Origin: a virus
DNA: 64,000 bases
IMG/VR virus record: IMGVR_UViG_3300008450_000005
Coordinates: 1 to 64,000 of that record
Strand: one strand, 5' to 3'
Part shown: positions 1 through 8,737 of the stretch, in pieces
Layout of the letters: the number at the start of each line of letters is the position of its first letter
Position numbering within the stretch: the stretch's first letter is position 1
Translations under genes and position numbers: made by a program
The notes under the pieces: generated by a model
What the model was told of the DNA's origin: nothing
The model's database searches: none
The model's input: only the letters and a program-made list of their open reading frames with translations

Positions 1-39
1 CTATGGATAATTAATTGGTATAATAGCGACGAGGAAGGT

Positions 40-324
40 ATGATAGAATTTCTCGATGAAGAAAATGAAGAATTTGACGAGCAAGACGAGGAAATTGAAT
101 TTGAACCATGGTTTCCCACTAAGCTGCAGGTGATTTTAGCACCTCAGATAATCTCAGTAATTGAAAATATGCAGGCGATTGAGGAGACAACACATATACC
201 TTCTACAACTTCACTAGACAACATGCTAGAAGAAGCAATCAAAAAGGAGGATTATGAATTGGCCAACAAATTGAAAGCTGTGATATCACACAAAACAAAA
301 AACAAAAATAAAGAAGATAAATAG
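40..324 (+). CDS. Small acidic protein with C-terminal UVR (UvrB/UvrC-type) motif
   Basis: 94 aa; LDNMLEEAIKKEDYELANKLKAVI fits the UVR pattern L..M..A....dYE.A..lr..I. Confidence 0.65.
   Translation: MIEFLDEENEEFDEQDEEIEFEPWFPTKLQVILAPQIISVIENMQAIEETTHIPSTTSLDNMLEEAIKKEDYELANKLKAVISHKTKNKNKEDK
316..324 (+). promoter_or_regulatory. Putative late promoter variant (GATAAATAG)
   Basis: One-base variant of the recurring GATATATA box, just upstream of ATG 330; resembles the T4 late promoter TATAAATA. Confidence 0.45.
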
Positions 325-329
325 TCTAG

Positions 330-812
330 ATGAAACACATTAAGCATCTCGACGAGTTTTTTGACCCAGGAGTATTTGGTGATTCACCAGGATACGGCGG
401 TGCTAATGGTGTATTCAGGGTTTCCTACAAACCTTTTCATGATTTGTCAGTATCTGTTGGTCCAGATCCCAATGTTCCTAGAATTATTCAGGGAGCACAA
501 TATCAAGTTGGTGATCTAGTCATAGGAATTCCTGTTGACAAAAAAGATAAAGTAGCGGGCATGATTGTTAAGTCCTATCTTGCACCGGATAGCAAAACAT
601 ATCGTTACGATGTTATGGTTCAATCTATTGGACACGAAGATCATAAAGTGGTTGAGTTGAATCCTGAAACCATCCAGTTCATTGACCAGGGTGATAAGGG
701 TCACAAGGAGATTCTCAATAAATATAGCATTGCGAATCTACCTGGATCTATCTACAACCTCCCGACAGTATTCAACGATCCCGAACTGGGAATCGAAAGG
801 ATATCTCCATAG
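330..812 (+). CDS. Hypothetical protein with capsid-targeting-like N-terminus
   Basis: 160 aa; starts MKHIKHLDEFF; central part looks like a small SH3-type beta barrel (YQVGDLVIG...GMIVK...YDV). Confidence 0.7.
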   Translation: MKHIKHLDEFFDPGVFGDSPGYGGANGVFRVSYKPFHDLSVSVGPDPNVPRIIQGAQYQVGDLVIGIPVDKKDKVAGMIVKSYLAPDSKTYRYDVMVQSIGHEDHKVVELNPETIQFIDQGDKGHKEILNKYSIANLPGSIYNLPTVFNDPELGIERISP

Positions 813-840
813 GAACTTTCTTCCAATCTTTCTCTTTAAT
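812..840 (+). promoter_or_regulatory. Putative early/middle promoter GGAAC-N18-TTTAAT
   Basis: Same layout recurs at 14939 and 21300 ahead of non-structural genes. Confidence 0.4.
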
Positions 841-845
841 AATTG

Positions 846-1739
846 ATGCAGCCAAAAATCAATTATTCGCAGCCAAGGATCGGGTGGTTAAACGCCGATA
901 CTGATGCTCAAGGATGGAAAATAGAGCATCCCGCTGATTTTCTAGAACTGATAGAGATGCAAATACTCGAATCCGTTTCTAACGATGTAAAGATTGTATC
1001 TGTCAATATTTCCAATATACAGGAACTGGATTCTCTACTTGAGGATTTACTGGATTCCAAAGACGCTATGGTCAAGCATAGAATTCAGACAATCACCAAT
1101 CTGATTTCATACCATCAGATACGTTTAGTTTTTTCTCTGACCAAGACTTATTTGCTAGTACACAATTTAGAAGCCAAGAGGGAAGCATGTGTGGATATTA
1201 TAAATTCACTTGGTTTATTGATGGATATTTTTTCTCCACAGCAGGGGGACATTTTGATTCGCGTTGGTAGCGCATACGGTAACAGAAGGAATTCCATCAA
1301 TTTATTCAATAACGAGATCAAAAAAATATCGGAGTCTGCTTTTCAACGTTTAGCTATAATTAACGATGAGGAGCCCAGCTTATTTTCCGTTACCGATATC
1401 CTTGCAGGGATTTTCTTCAGTAACAAAATACCGATAGCATTCAGGACGTTATCCCACCTATCACATAACGGTGGATTGTCTTCGAGAGAAGCTTTCATGT
1501 TGAGCTATTCGACCTGGAAAGAAGGTAGAAAGCCACTTTTTGTTCATGCCGAGCCTCAAGAGATTTCTACCAAATATAAGTCCCCAATTCAGATCAAGAG
1601 TATCTTAGAGCATAGAATACCTTCTTTCAACGTAGAGTTTGATTGCTTAATCCAAACACAGGAAGGAGCGAAGGCATGCAACGTCTATAGGGCCAACTGG
1701 AAATCACTTCCGCCCATTGTCATTCCTAAAGAGGATTAG
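846..1739 (+). CDS. UV-damage endonuclease (UvsE)-like TIM-barrel protein, catalytically degenerate
   Basis: UvsE motif order kept (IRLVFS, IRVGSAYG, LAIINDE..LFSV.DIL, IPIAF, STW..GRKP..H, FDCLIQ) but metal ligands substituted; ATG 846 or TTG 843. Confidence 0.6.
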   Translation: MQPKINYSQPRIGWLNADTDAQGWKIEHPADFLELIEMQILESVSNDVKIVSVNISNIQELDSLLEDLLDSKDAMVKHRIQTITNLISYHQIRLVFSLTKTYLLVHNLEAKREACVDIINSLGLLMDIFSPQQGDILIRVGSAYGNRRNSINLFNNEIKKISESAFQRLAIINDEEPSLFSVTDILAGIFFSNKIPIAFRTLSHLSHNGGLSSREAFMLSYSTWKEGRKPLFVHAEPQEISTKYKSPIQIKSILEHRIPSFNVEFDCLIQTQEGAKACNVYRANWKSLPPIVIPKED

Positions 1740-1779
1740 AACTTTTTTATTAACGGGTTAATTGATGTAATTTTGGGAA

Positions 1780-2589
1780 ATGCCAGAATTAGCGGAAGTA
1801 CGATTAACCGGAGATTTCATCAACCAATCAGTTACCGAGGAGATGAGCTTCATCGGGACCTGGAAAAACCCTGTCCACAAGTTAGCCGATTTAGATCTAA
1901 CCAATGTTCTCTTACCAGACGAGGAATTTAAAATCAGAGCTGAATCGAGAGGCAAAGAGTTAAAGCTCTCTATCACTCCTCAAGAATCCCACCCCTTTTC
2001 TGTGATGTTCACCCTAGGAATGGGCGGGCACTTTTCTTTCGGTGAGGTACAAGAACGTCCTAAGCACACACATTTTTCATTTCTGACATCAGATGGTGAA
2101 AGGGAACTCCAATTCGTAGATATCCGCCGGTTTGGAAGATGGAAGATCGGGGATTGGAATCCAGATAGAAGCCCTGATCTTACAATAGAATTTGAAGCTT
2201 GGAGCAGAAACATAATGGAAAACATTCATCATAAGGATTTGGCTAAACCATTCTACGAATTTTTAATGAACCAAAAGTGGATAAATGGGTATGGCAATTA
2301 CCTGCGTGCTGAGCTTTGCGAAAGACTGGACATCAACCCATTCTGGGCAGCGAAGGATGTGGTCAGATACGATTTTGAAAGATTCTGTGAAATAGCAGCT
2401 CGCCTACCCATTGAAGCATACTTCTTAGGCGGAGGCCAAATATATTCTTGGAACAACCCTTTAGGAGTTACCAGGGATTCCGTTGTACAGGAATGGAATC
2501 AGTGGATGAAAGCATACAAGAATCCTGGATTTGAAAACTTAATTGATAACGGTGGTAGAAGATTCTGGTACCATCCCAAATGGAAATAA
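1780..2589 (+). CDS. nei: Fpg/Nei family DNA glycosylase/AP lyase, NEIL1-like (no zinc finger)
   Basis: Catalytic N-terminal MPELAE; RGKEL; LGMGG; FVDIRRFGRW; H2TH motif LMNQKWINGYGNYLRAE; C-terminal GRRFWY without a Cys4 finger. Confidence 0.9.
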   Translation: MPELAEVRLTGDFINQSVTEEMSFIGTWKNPVHKLADLDLTNVLLPDEEFKIRAESRGKELKLSITPQESHPFSVMFTLGMGGHFSFGEVQERPKHTHFSFLTSDGERELQFVDIRRFGRWKIGDWNPDRSPDLTIEFEAWSRNIMENIHHKDLAKPFYEFLMNQKWINGYGNYLRAELCERLDINPFWAAKDVVRYDFERFCEIAARLPIEAYFLGGGQIYSWNNPLGVTRDSVVQEWNQWMKAYKNPGFENLIDNGGRRFWYHPKWK

Positions 2590-2590
2590 T

Positions 2591-3289
2591 ATGATAAAGA
2601 AGAAAAACATAACAAAATATCTCCTTTTAGATATTGAAACTGCCTCTCAGTATCCCACGCTTGAAGAATTGCGAGAAGCAGATCAGAAGTTAGCCGATCT
2701 TTGGGTTAAACGACACGTCTACTATTCTGGGAGCTATTTCGAGTTCAAAGATTCAACCCCAGATCAAACATATAAAGCTAAAGCCCAATTAGAGCCTGAA
2801 TTTGGAAAGATAGTTTGTGTGACATTTGGAAGTTTCAAGGATGAATCGGAAGATGCAAGGATCATGAGTTTCAGTGGTTCCGAATTGGATATACTAGAGA
2901 AGGTTAAAAAAATCCTACAGAATGCCATGGTCATGAATTTCCTTCTTTGTGGACACAACATAAAGAATTTCGACATACCATGGATAGGAAAGAGGATGCT
3001 TTACAACGGGATAAATCCTCCTGATATCATTAAAGTCGGTAATAAAAAACCATGGGAACTTTCTTTTGTTGATACCGCCGAACTACTTTCTTTTGGAAGC
3101 TGGGTCCAGCAAAAATCCCTGAGTTTAGATCTTCTGTGTCATTCATTAGGGATCAAGTCACCCAAGGGAGGGATGGACGGTTCTATGGTTAGCGAATCTT
3201 TCCATGACGGAAGAATCGAAGAGATTGTCTCATATTGCGAAAGAGACGTCGAAGCACTAGGCTCAATTTTACAACGTATAGCAGACTGA
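2591..3289 (+). CDS. DEDDy 3'-5' exonuclease (PolB-exonuclease-related)
   Basis: ExoI LLLDIET, ExoII GHNIKNFDIPWI, ExoIII YCERDV; ATG at 2591 immediately after the nei stop preferred to the track start. Confidence 0.85.
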   Translation: MIKKKNITKYLLLDIETASQYPTLEELREADQKLADLWVKRHVYYSGSYFEFKDSTPDQTYKAKAQLEPEFGKIVCVTFGSFKDESEDARIMSFSGSELDILEKVKKILQNAMVMNFLLCGHNIKNFDIPWIGKRMLYNGINPPDIIKVGNKKPWELSFVDTAELLSFGSWVQQKSLSLDLLCHSLGIKSPKGGMDGSMVSESFHDGRIEEIVSYCERDVEALGSILQRIAD

Positions 3290-3303
3290 TCTTTTTTTTC
3301 TAC

Positions 3304-3311
3304 GATATATA
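3304..3311 (+). promoter_or_regulatory. Putative late promoter GATATATA
   Basis: Exact octamer in an intergenic gap; recurs upstream of at least 11 starts. Confidence 0.6.
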
Positions 3312-3333
3312 AAGTAGAAAAAAAAACTGAGCT

Positions 3334-4116
3334 GTGCTGTACCGTTTCCACCAATATATTAACGAGAAAAAAGTTTCTGAATTTTATCACGATGAACTAA
3401 ATCCTAAGTTTTGGACTAAAAAAACTAACAAGGATGGTTCTATCGATTGGGTATTCGATAAGAATATCAGAAAAAAGCTATTAAAAATAGCGGATGATTT
3501 CTATTCCAAATTTGAAGATACGATCGGCAAGCCCAAAATCGTAGATATTCAATTGACAGGCTCCCTGTCAAATTATAACTATACAGATTATTCGGACCTC
3601 GACGTCCATATTTTGGTTGATTTCGATAAGATCGATGCACCTAAAAAGGTTTTGAAATCTGCGATTGACGGAATCAGATTTATTTGGAATCTCCGCCACG
3701 ATGTCAAATTGAGAGGTCACGAGGTAGAAACATACATGCAAGATGAGGATGAACCTCATACAGCATCTGGCCTTTACTCGTTAATGGACGATGAGTGGAT
3801 AGTAAAGCCACAATTCGATCCGCCAACAGTTGATCCTGCAGACGTTCAAACCAAGTATGAAGGTATTGCTTCGGACATCGATAAGTTAGAATCTAAACTT
3901 GCCAAAGATAAATTACCCGCCGACCAGGCCAAACTTCTTTTCAGCCGAGCTAATAAGCTAAAGGATAAAATCATGAAGATGAGAAAGGAAGGATTGAGCG
4001 AGGAAGGTGAGTTCTCCGTAGGTAATCTTGCTTTCAAGAAGCTTCGTAATAAGGGATATATAGAAAAATTGATCGATACGATCAGTTTGGCTTACGACAA
4101 AATTTACTCTGAATAA
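3334..4116 (+). CDS. Pol-beta superfamily nucleotidyltransferase with capsid-targeting-like N-terminus
   Basis: LTGSLSNYNYTDYSDLDVHI = GS...DxD motif; third carboxylate candidate in EVETY; GTG start; N-terminus MLYRFHQYINE. Confidence 0.8.
   Translation: MLYRFHQYINEKKVSEFYHDELNPKFWTKKTNKDGSIDWVFDKNIRKKLLKIADDFYSKFEDTIGKPKIVDIQLTGSLSNYNYTDYSDLDVHILVDFDKIDAPKKVLKSAIDGIRFIWNLRHDVKLRGHEVETYMQDEDEPHTASGLYSLMDDEWIVKPQFDPPTVDPADVQTKYEGIASDIDKLESKLAKDKLPADQAKLLFSRANKLKDKIMKMRKEGLSEEGEFSVGNLAFKKLRNKGYIEKLIDTISLAYDKIYSE
4055..4062 (+). promoter_or_regulatory. Putative late promoter GATATATA (inside upstream CDS)
   Basis: About 54 nt upstream of ATG 4116. Confidence 0.45.
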
Positions 4117-6704
4117 TGATATTACTTCTACCTAATAAAGGCAGTTTAGGCGCTGGCCAAACGATGCCAATGATTCAAGTCCCTATCAGTGCGATTGAAG
4201 GCGGGGAATTTGTCGAATTAAATGATTTCCAGTGGTGGGCAAAGACCTCAGACTGGCAGAATTGGTTGAAATCCAATCCTAGAACTTGGCAGGCTGAATC
4301 GGAAGATCATGGATATTTGAAAGATCTTTTTGATTATCCTCACCATAGCGAAATAAAAAGACTCAAGACTTTTGAAGATTTTGCAGCAGACTTTGATCTG
4401 TTAAACGAGGATGAGGAGGGCGATCCACAAATGGGAGAGGCATACCTTAAATTTCTCAAAGCAAAAGATAATTTAGAGAAATCCGGAAAAATCGACGGGC
4501 AGATTGAATTCGAAAACGTTCAGACCGGAGAGGATAATGCTTGGTTTCTTTCATTCTCTGATGAGGGAGGAACTGATTCAACTGAATCTGAAATGGCTTA
4601 TAAGATCAAGAAGAAGTATTCTACGGGAGGTCAATTTGCTATTTACGATTTAACTGAAATCCAGCCACTCAATAAAACTCTTGATGACAAAAGTACATTC
4701 AAGGAGATATTCGAAAAGTCAGCAGATTTCTTTGGTAAAGCCTTACCGTATGCCCTAATGGGTCTTTCTGGTTTTGTCGCATTGAAAGCAGCTGGAGGAT
4801 TATTCAGATTGGTTGGTCTTTCTTCAAGTGTCAAAAATTTTGCTGGCAAAAGAAGAGCAGCTAAATCATTAGCTAATGCTAAATCCATTTTAACCAAAGG
4901 TGGAAAATGGGCATTTAGAGGTTTGAAGAACACCGGTAAATTACTGGCTGGCGTTACTCAGGGATTGGGTAAGGGATTCAAATGGGCTAAGCAAGGATAT
5001 AAATTTTCAAGAAATGCAGCTAAGACCCGCCCAACCGCGGTTATGAACAGCATTAAAGCTTTTGGAAGGGGTTTCTTAAAAACCGCTTCTAAGGCATTAC
5101 CAAAAACTGCAGTCGAGGCAATACCAGTGGTTGGATGGATCCTAGCAATAGGTGATGTTGCACAACAAACATATAACTGGTTCAGCGACAATCAAGCACC
5201 AAGATTTGCAGACTTTGATGGATCAGCGATAGCTCATGATTCTTTTGAGCCTGGAAAAATCCCAGCTGGAGAAATCATAACTATCTGCTGGACACAGGAA
5301 GGAAAATTGAGTAGTGGATGGGAAGGATTCCTACCATTCACAGCAGACGACACCAGAACAACTATGGATATTGCCAAGATTGGCGATTTTTCAAATTCAT
5401 CTCTGTTTATTCTACTCAATGTCGGATCAAAAGGTATGTCGGAAGCTCTTGCCAAGAATGATATCACATTTATCGTATTTGAGAAATCTTCTAAATTCGA
5501 ACACGGGTTTACAGACAATGACGATCTACAGTTCAGAATAGTAGGCATTCAAAATGCTTCAGAACACGCTGAAGCAATGTATTTCCACGGAATCTGTCCA
5601 TGGGCAACTTTCATGGACGCATACGATACAGCTTCTCCACAATTGGTTGAATTAGACCCAAGTGCTCCAGATAACTTTGAATTCAATTTTCAGCAAGGCG
5701 CTTCTAGAGTCAATGTTTCCGGAGAATTGGTTGATTCAAGCTTTGTGAATCTTTCTAATCCAGAATCGGGATTGAATAAGATGGTTGAAAAGGGAACGGA
5801 GAAAGAAATTGACGAGGAACCTGAAGTAGCTCCTGTTAAGTCAGCGAGCACCGAAGAAACACCTCAGCAAGCTCCAGCCGATAAGCCCGCACAGAGTGAA
5901 CCGCAAAAATCTCCAGAATTACCTAAGCCGGAAGAAGTATCACAGCCGAGCGAAAGCCGCGTTCTAAATTTCAGTTCATTCATGAGAATTTACGAATCAG
6001 CAGAACTAATAGTTGAAGCTGATGCTGAAGAGGCAGGGGAAGAAATTGATTTCAACTCTGTGAATGTTGCAATTTATAGAGTTAACTCGATAGAGAATGC
6101 AGATAGGAATTCTTCTACTGCTCCTCCAAAATTTGATTACTTTGTCGTAGATGCAACACCTGAAGTATGGGGCGCACAGGAAGGAGACCCAATCGACGTT
6201 GCTTCGGATGAATATGACATGGAGGATACCCGTAAAGGATTTGCTCCTGTAATCGGTAGACACGAAAGCGAATGGCTATCGATTGAACCAATCGAAGCGG
6301 CAGGCGAGGATGATGCAGCGTTAGATTACACAACTGAGCCTGATGAGGAAATAGCTTCTTCTTACATAGAAGTAGCTGATGATCAGGTAAAGCTGAAAAT
6401 CAAAGACGATATCCAGAAAATGAAGGATACAGCAGTCGGAGGGTTTAATCTTTTGAAAGAATTGACCACCGAGGATGAACGCAAACAATTGGGCATCGAC
6501 AAATGGGAAGAAGTTGATGTGATCAAGGTTAAAGGAGATCCTTTAAAAGGCGAGGAAAGATCCATTAAGATGAGAGAGAAAAAATCTTTCGGTGGATTCA
6601 TTCCCAACGGAGCAAAGAAAACATTCACGCCAAAAGATGGTGAATTATACTACCTAGCTACCAGTATCTTCAACAGAATGAAGAACAAGGTTAGGGTAAG
6701 ATAA
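4116..6704 (+). CDS. Large hypothetical protein, candidate internal head/ejection protein
   Basis: 862 aa; acidic ends, central basic G/A/K-rich segment between two hydrophobic stretches; internal motifs KTFEDF...LLNE and LNFSSF.RIYES; lies next to the prohead protease. Confidence 0.55.
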   Translation: MILLLPNKGSLGAGQTMPMIQVPISAIEGGEFVELNDFQWWAKTSDWQNWLKSNPRTWQAESEDHGYLKDLFDYPHHSEIKRLKTFEDFAADFDLLNEDEEGDPQMGEAYLKFLKAKDNLEKSGKIDGQIEFENVQTGEDNAWFLSFSDEGGTDSTESEMAYKIKKKYSTGGQFAIYDLTEIQPLNKTLDDKSTFKEIFEKSADFFGKALPYALMGLSGFVALKAAGGLFRLVGLSSSVKNFAGKRRAAKSLANAKSILTKGGKWAFRGLKNTGKLLAGVTQGLGKGFKWAKQGYKFSRNAAKTRPTAVMNSIKAFGRGFLKTASKALPKTAVEAIPVVGWILAIGDVAQQTYNWFSDNQAPRFADFDGSAIAHDSFEPGKIPAGEIITICWTQEGKLSSGWEGFLPFTADDTRTTMDIAKIGDFSNSSLFILLNVGSKGMSEALAKNDITFIVFEKSSKFEHGFTDNDDLQFRIVGIQNASEHAEAMYFHGICPWATFMDAYDTASPQLVELDPSAPDNFEFNFQQGASRVNVSGELVDSSFVNLSNPESGLNKMVEKGTEKEIDEEPEVAPVKSASTEETPQQAPADKPAQSEPQKSPELPKPEEVSQPSESRVLNFSSFMRIYESAELIVEADAEEAGEEIDFNSVNVAIYRVNSIENADRNSSTAPPKFDYFVVDATPEVWGAQEGDPIDVASDEYDMEDTRKGFAPVIGRHESEWLSIEPIEAAGEDDAALDYTTEPDEEIASSYIEVADDQVKLKIKDDIQKMKDTAVGGFNLLKELTTEDERKQLGIDKWEEVDVIKVKGDPLKGEERSIKMREKKSFGGFIPNGAKKTFTPKDGELYYLATSIFNRMKNKVRVR

Positions 6705-6722
6705 TTTTTCTTTCACGTGAAA

Positions 6723-6730
6723 GATATATA
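6723..6730 (+). promoter_or_regulatory. Putative late promoter GATATATA
   Basis: Intergenic, 24 nt upstream of the protease GTG start. Confidence 0.65.
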
Positions 6731-6754
6731 AAAGAACAAAAATAAACTGTATAA

Positions 6755-8719
6755 GTGAAAAATCAGGACTTAAACGAAAATTTGGTTTTCATCCTCGAGA
6801 GACAGGAAGCTGTCTTAGAAGCGAAAACCAAGGATGATGAGGTAGTTCTAGAAGGTGTTGCTGCTGTTTTCGGCGAAGAAAACAACAACGGACGAATCTA
6901 CGACGAAACCGAATACCTTCCACATTTGGAATACCTTAAAGAAAAAATCGCTCAGAATAGATTGGTTGGTGAACTTGACCATCCTGAGAAATTTGATGTT
7001 TCTTTGAAAAACATTTCTCACTTGATCCAAGAGCTTGATTACGATAAAAGCAAGAGATGCTTGAAGATCAAAGTAAAATTGTTGGATACCCCAGCTGGTA
7101 AAATTGCTAAAAGTTTAGTTGAAGCAGGAATTCCTATTTCAATTTCTTCAAGAGCAGCTGGTAATGTTGGTCCAGACAAGAAGGTTCAGATCAAGAAAAT
7201 TTTCACTTATGATCTAGTTGCTGATCCTGGTTTCAAGAATGCACAACTCTATAGAGTTAATGAAAGCGTAGATTTCAGCTTCGAAGAATTCAAAAATTAC
7301 AAAAAAAATAGCGTTGTAGCATCGCTTTCGTTAATAAATGAGAGCTTAGGATTAAAAAATGATTCCTTGACTCAGATATATAGCGTATCGAACAACGAAG
7401 AGTTCGAAAAATTAATCGGTATAGACAAAATAAAACAAGCACAAATGGATAATAACAAAGAATTCGTTACTGCAGACGAGCTTAACAAATACTCAGTGTA
7501 TTTGAAAGAGCAGATGAAAGCAATGAAGGAAGAGATCAATTCATTGAAATCTGCAGCTGATGTTTCTGCTACACTCGAAGTTTCTGAATCAGAATCAGGT
7601 TCTGAAGCAGACGCAAGAATCGCTAAATTAGAAAAGTATTGCGCCTACTTGGGAGAGAATTTAGAAAATTCGATCCGTTACGGAGAATACGTTGCTAAGA
7701 ATTTGGATGATTCAATTTCTTACTCAAAGTATTTGGCTAAGAGTTTAGATGAGAGCATTAGTTATTCTAAGTACTTGGCTGAGAATCTTGATAAGACGAT
7801 CGGCTACAGCGAATATGTTGCTGAAAGCGTAGACAAGAACATCGAATACAGCAAGTATTTGGCTGAGAAATTAGATACTAACATTTCTTACTCTGAGTAC
7901 ATTGCAGAAAATTTGGATAAGAATATTTCTTATTCTGAGTACATTGCAGAAAACGTAGAAAATAACATTGCTTACTCTGAGCATCTTTCTGAAAAGATCA
8001 ATCAAGGTATCTCTTACTCTGAGTACATTGCAGAAAACCTCGAAAAAGGTATCTCTTATTCAGAATACGTTGCAGAGAATGTTAACAAAGGTCTTGCATA
8101 CTCTGAGTACATCGCAGAGAAATTGGATTCTTCAATCCGTTACACCGAGTACATCGCTGAGTCTGTAGACACCAAAGAAACAGCTCCTGCTTTGAATGAG
8201 CAGGCTAAATCTGAAGCCGAATTAGCTTCTGCATCAGATTTGAATGAGTCTGGATTTGCTGGTGATTATGCAGATTTAGGAACTAAAATTGACAAACTTA
8301 TTGAATCAGTTAATACACAGAAGACTGAAAGTTTAATAAAGGAAGCTGAACAAAAAGTTTCCAAGGCCACAACACAGAAGGCTATCAACGAATCTCAAGA
8401 TGCTGATGTGAACGAAGGCGAAACCCCTAAATCAGGTTTCAAATTTATTGACGAAATGCCTGAAGAATTCCGTCCCGCATGGGAAGGTTTGAATGAGTCT
8501 CAACAGCACTCAATCAAAGCACAGGCTGCTCTTCGTAAACTTGACACCGACTACCAGATCAGAAATTTCTGGTCTACACGTCAATTGGGTGTTGAACCTA
8601 TCGGTTTACAGAAGTTGAATGAGAACGCAGAAATCCCAACTGCTGCAAATTCAAAAGAAATCTACGGTAATGGTTACTTGGATTTCTTAAGTAAAGAGTT
8701 GGAGAAACGCTTCAAATAA
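6755..8719 (+). CDS. gp21: Prohead core protease (T4 gp21-like) fused to scaffolding domain
   Basis: LEG...NNNGRIY, GELDHP, DTPAGKIAKSL, ISSRAAG, YDLVADPGF are gp21 motifs; long repeat-rich coiled-coil C-terminus; directly upstream of the capsid gene. Confidence 0.92.
   Translation: MKNQDLNENLVFILERQEAVLEAKTKDDEVVLEGVAAVFGEENNNGRIYDETEYLPHLEYLKEKIAQNRLVGELDHPEKFDVSLKNISHLIQELDYDKSKRCLKIKVKLLDTPAGKIAKSLVEAGIPISISSRAAGNVGPDKKVQIKKIFTYDLVADPGFKNAQLYRVNESVDFSFEEFKNYKKNSVVASLSLINESLGLKNDSLTQIYSVSNNEEFEKLIGIDKIKQAQMDNNKEFVTADELNKYSVYLKEQMKAMKEEINSLKSAADVSATLEVSESESGSEADARIAKLEKYCAYLGENLENSIRYGEYVAKNLDDSISYSKYLAKSLDESISYSKYLAENLDKTIGYSEYVAESVDKNIEYSKYLAEKLDTNISYSEYIAENLDKNISYSEYIAENVENNIAYSEHLSEKINQGISYSEYIAENLEKGISYSEYVAENVNKGLAYSEYIAEKLDSSIRYTEYIAESVDTKETAPALNEQAKSEAELASASDLNESGFAGDYADLGTKIDKLIESVNTQKTESLIKEAEQKVSKATTQKAINESQDADVNEGETPKSGFKFIDEMPEEFRPAWEGLNESQQHSIKAQAALRKLDTDYQIRNFWSTRQLGVEPIGLQKLNENAEIPTAANSKEIYGNGYLDFLSKELEKRFK
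7375..7382 (+). promoter_or_regulatory. Putative internal late promoter for a nested scaffold product
   Basis: GATATATAG between the protease and scaffold domains, upstream of in-frame ATG 7445 with an A-rich leader. Confidence 0.5.
7637..8170 (+). repeat. 13 tandem 42-bp (14-aa) coding repeats, consensus YSEYIAENLDKNIS
   Basis: Counted in the translation from YCAYLGENLENSIR to YTEYIAESVD; exact 42-nt period. Confidence 0.95.
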
Positions 8720-8737
8720 AAAAAACAAAACAAAAAA

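Noticed and set aside
1738-1771. Possible fourth GAAC...TAAT promoter upstream of nei
   Set aside because: Spacing does not fit the 18-19 nt seen in the other three
2543-2590. Upstream track starts (also at 13534, 19694 and 31382)
   Set aside because: In-frame ATGs at 2591, 13603, 19709 and 31415 remove overlaps with upstream genes or the promoter box; 13603 and 19709 also put the shared motif at the N-terminus
7637-8170. Regularly spaced DNA repeats (e.g. tactctgagtacattgcagaaaa) resembling a CRISPR array
   Set aside because: The 42-nt period is in frame inside a CDS, variation is codon-like, there are no unique spacers and no cas genes
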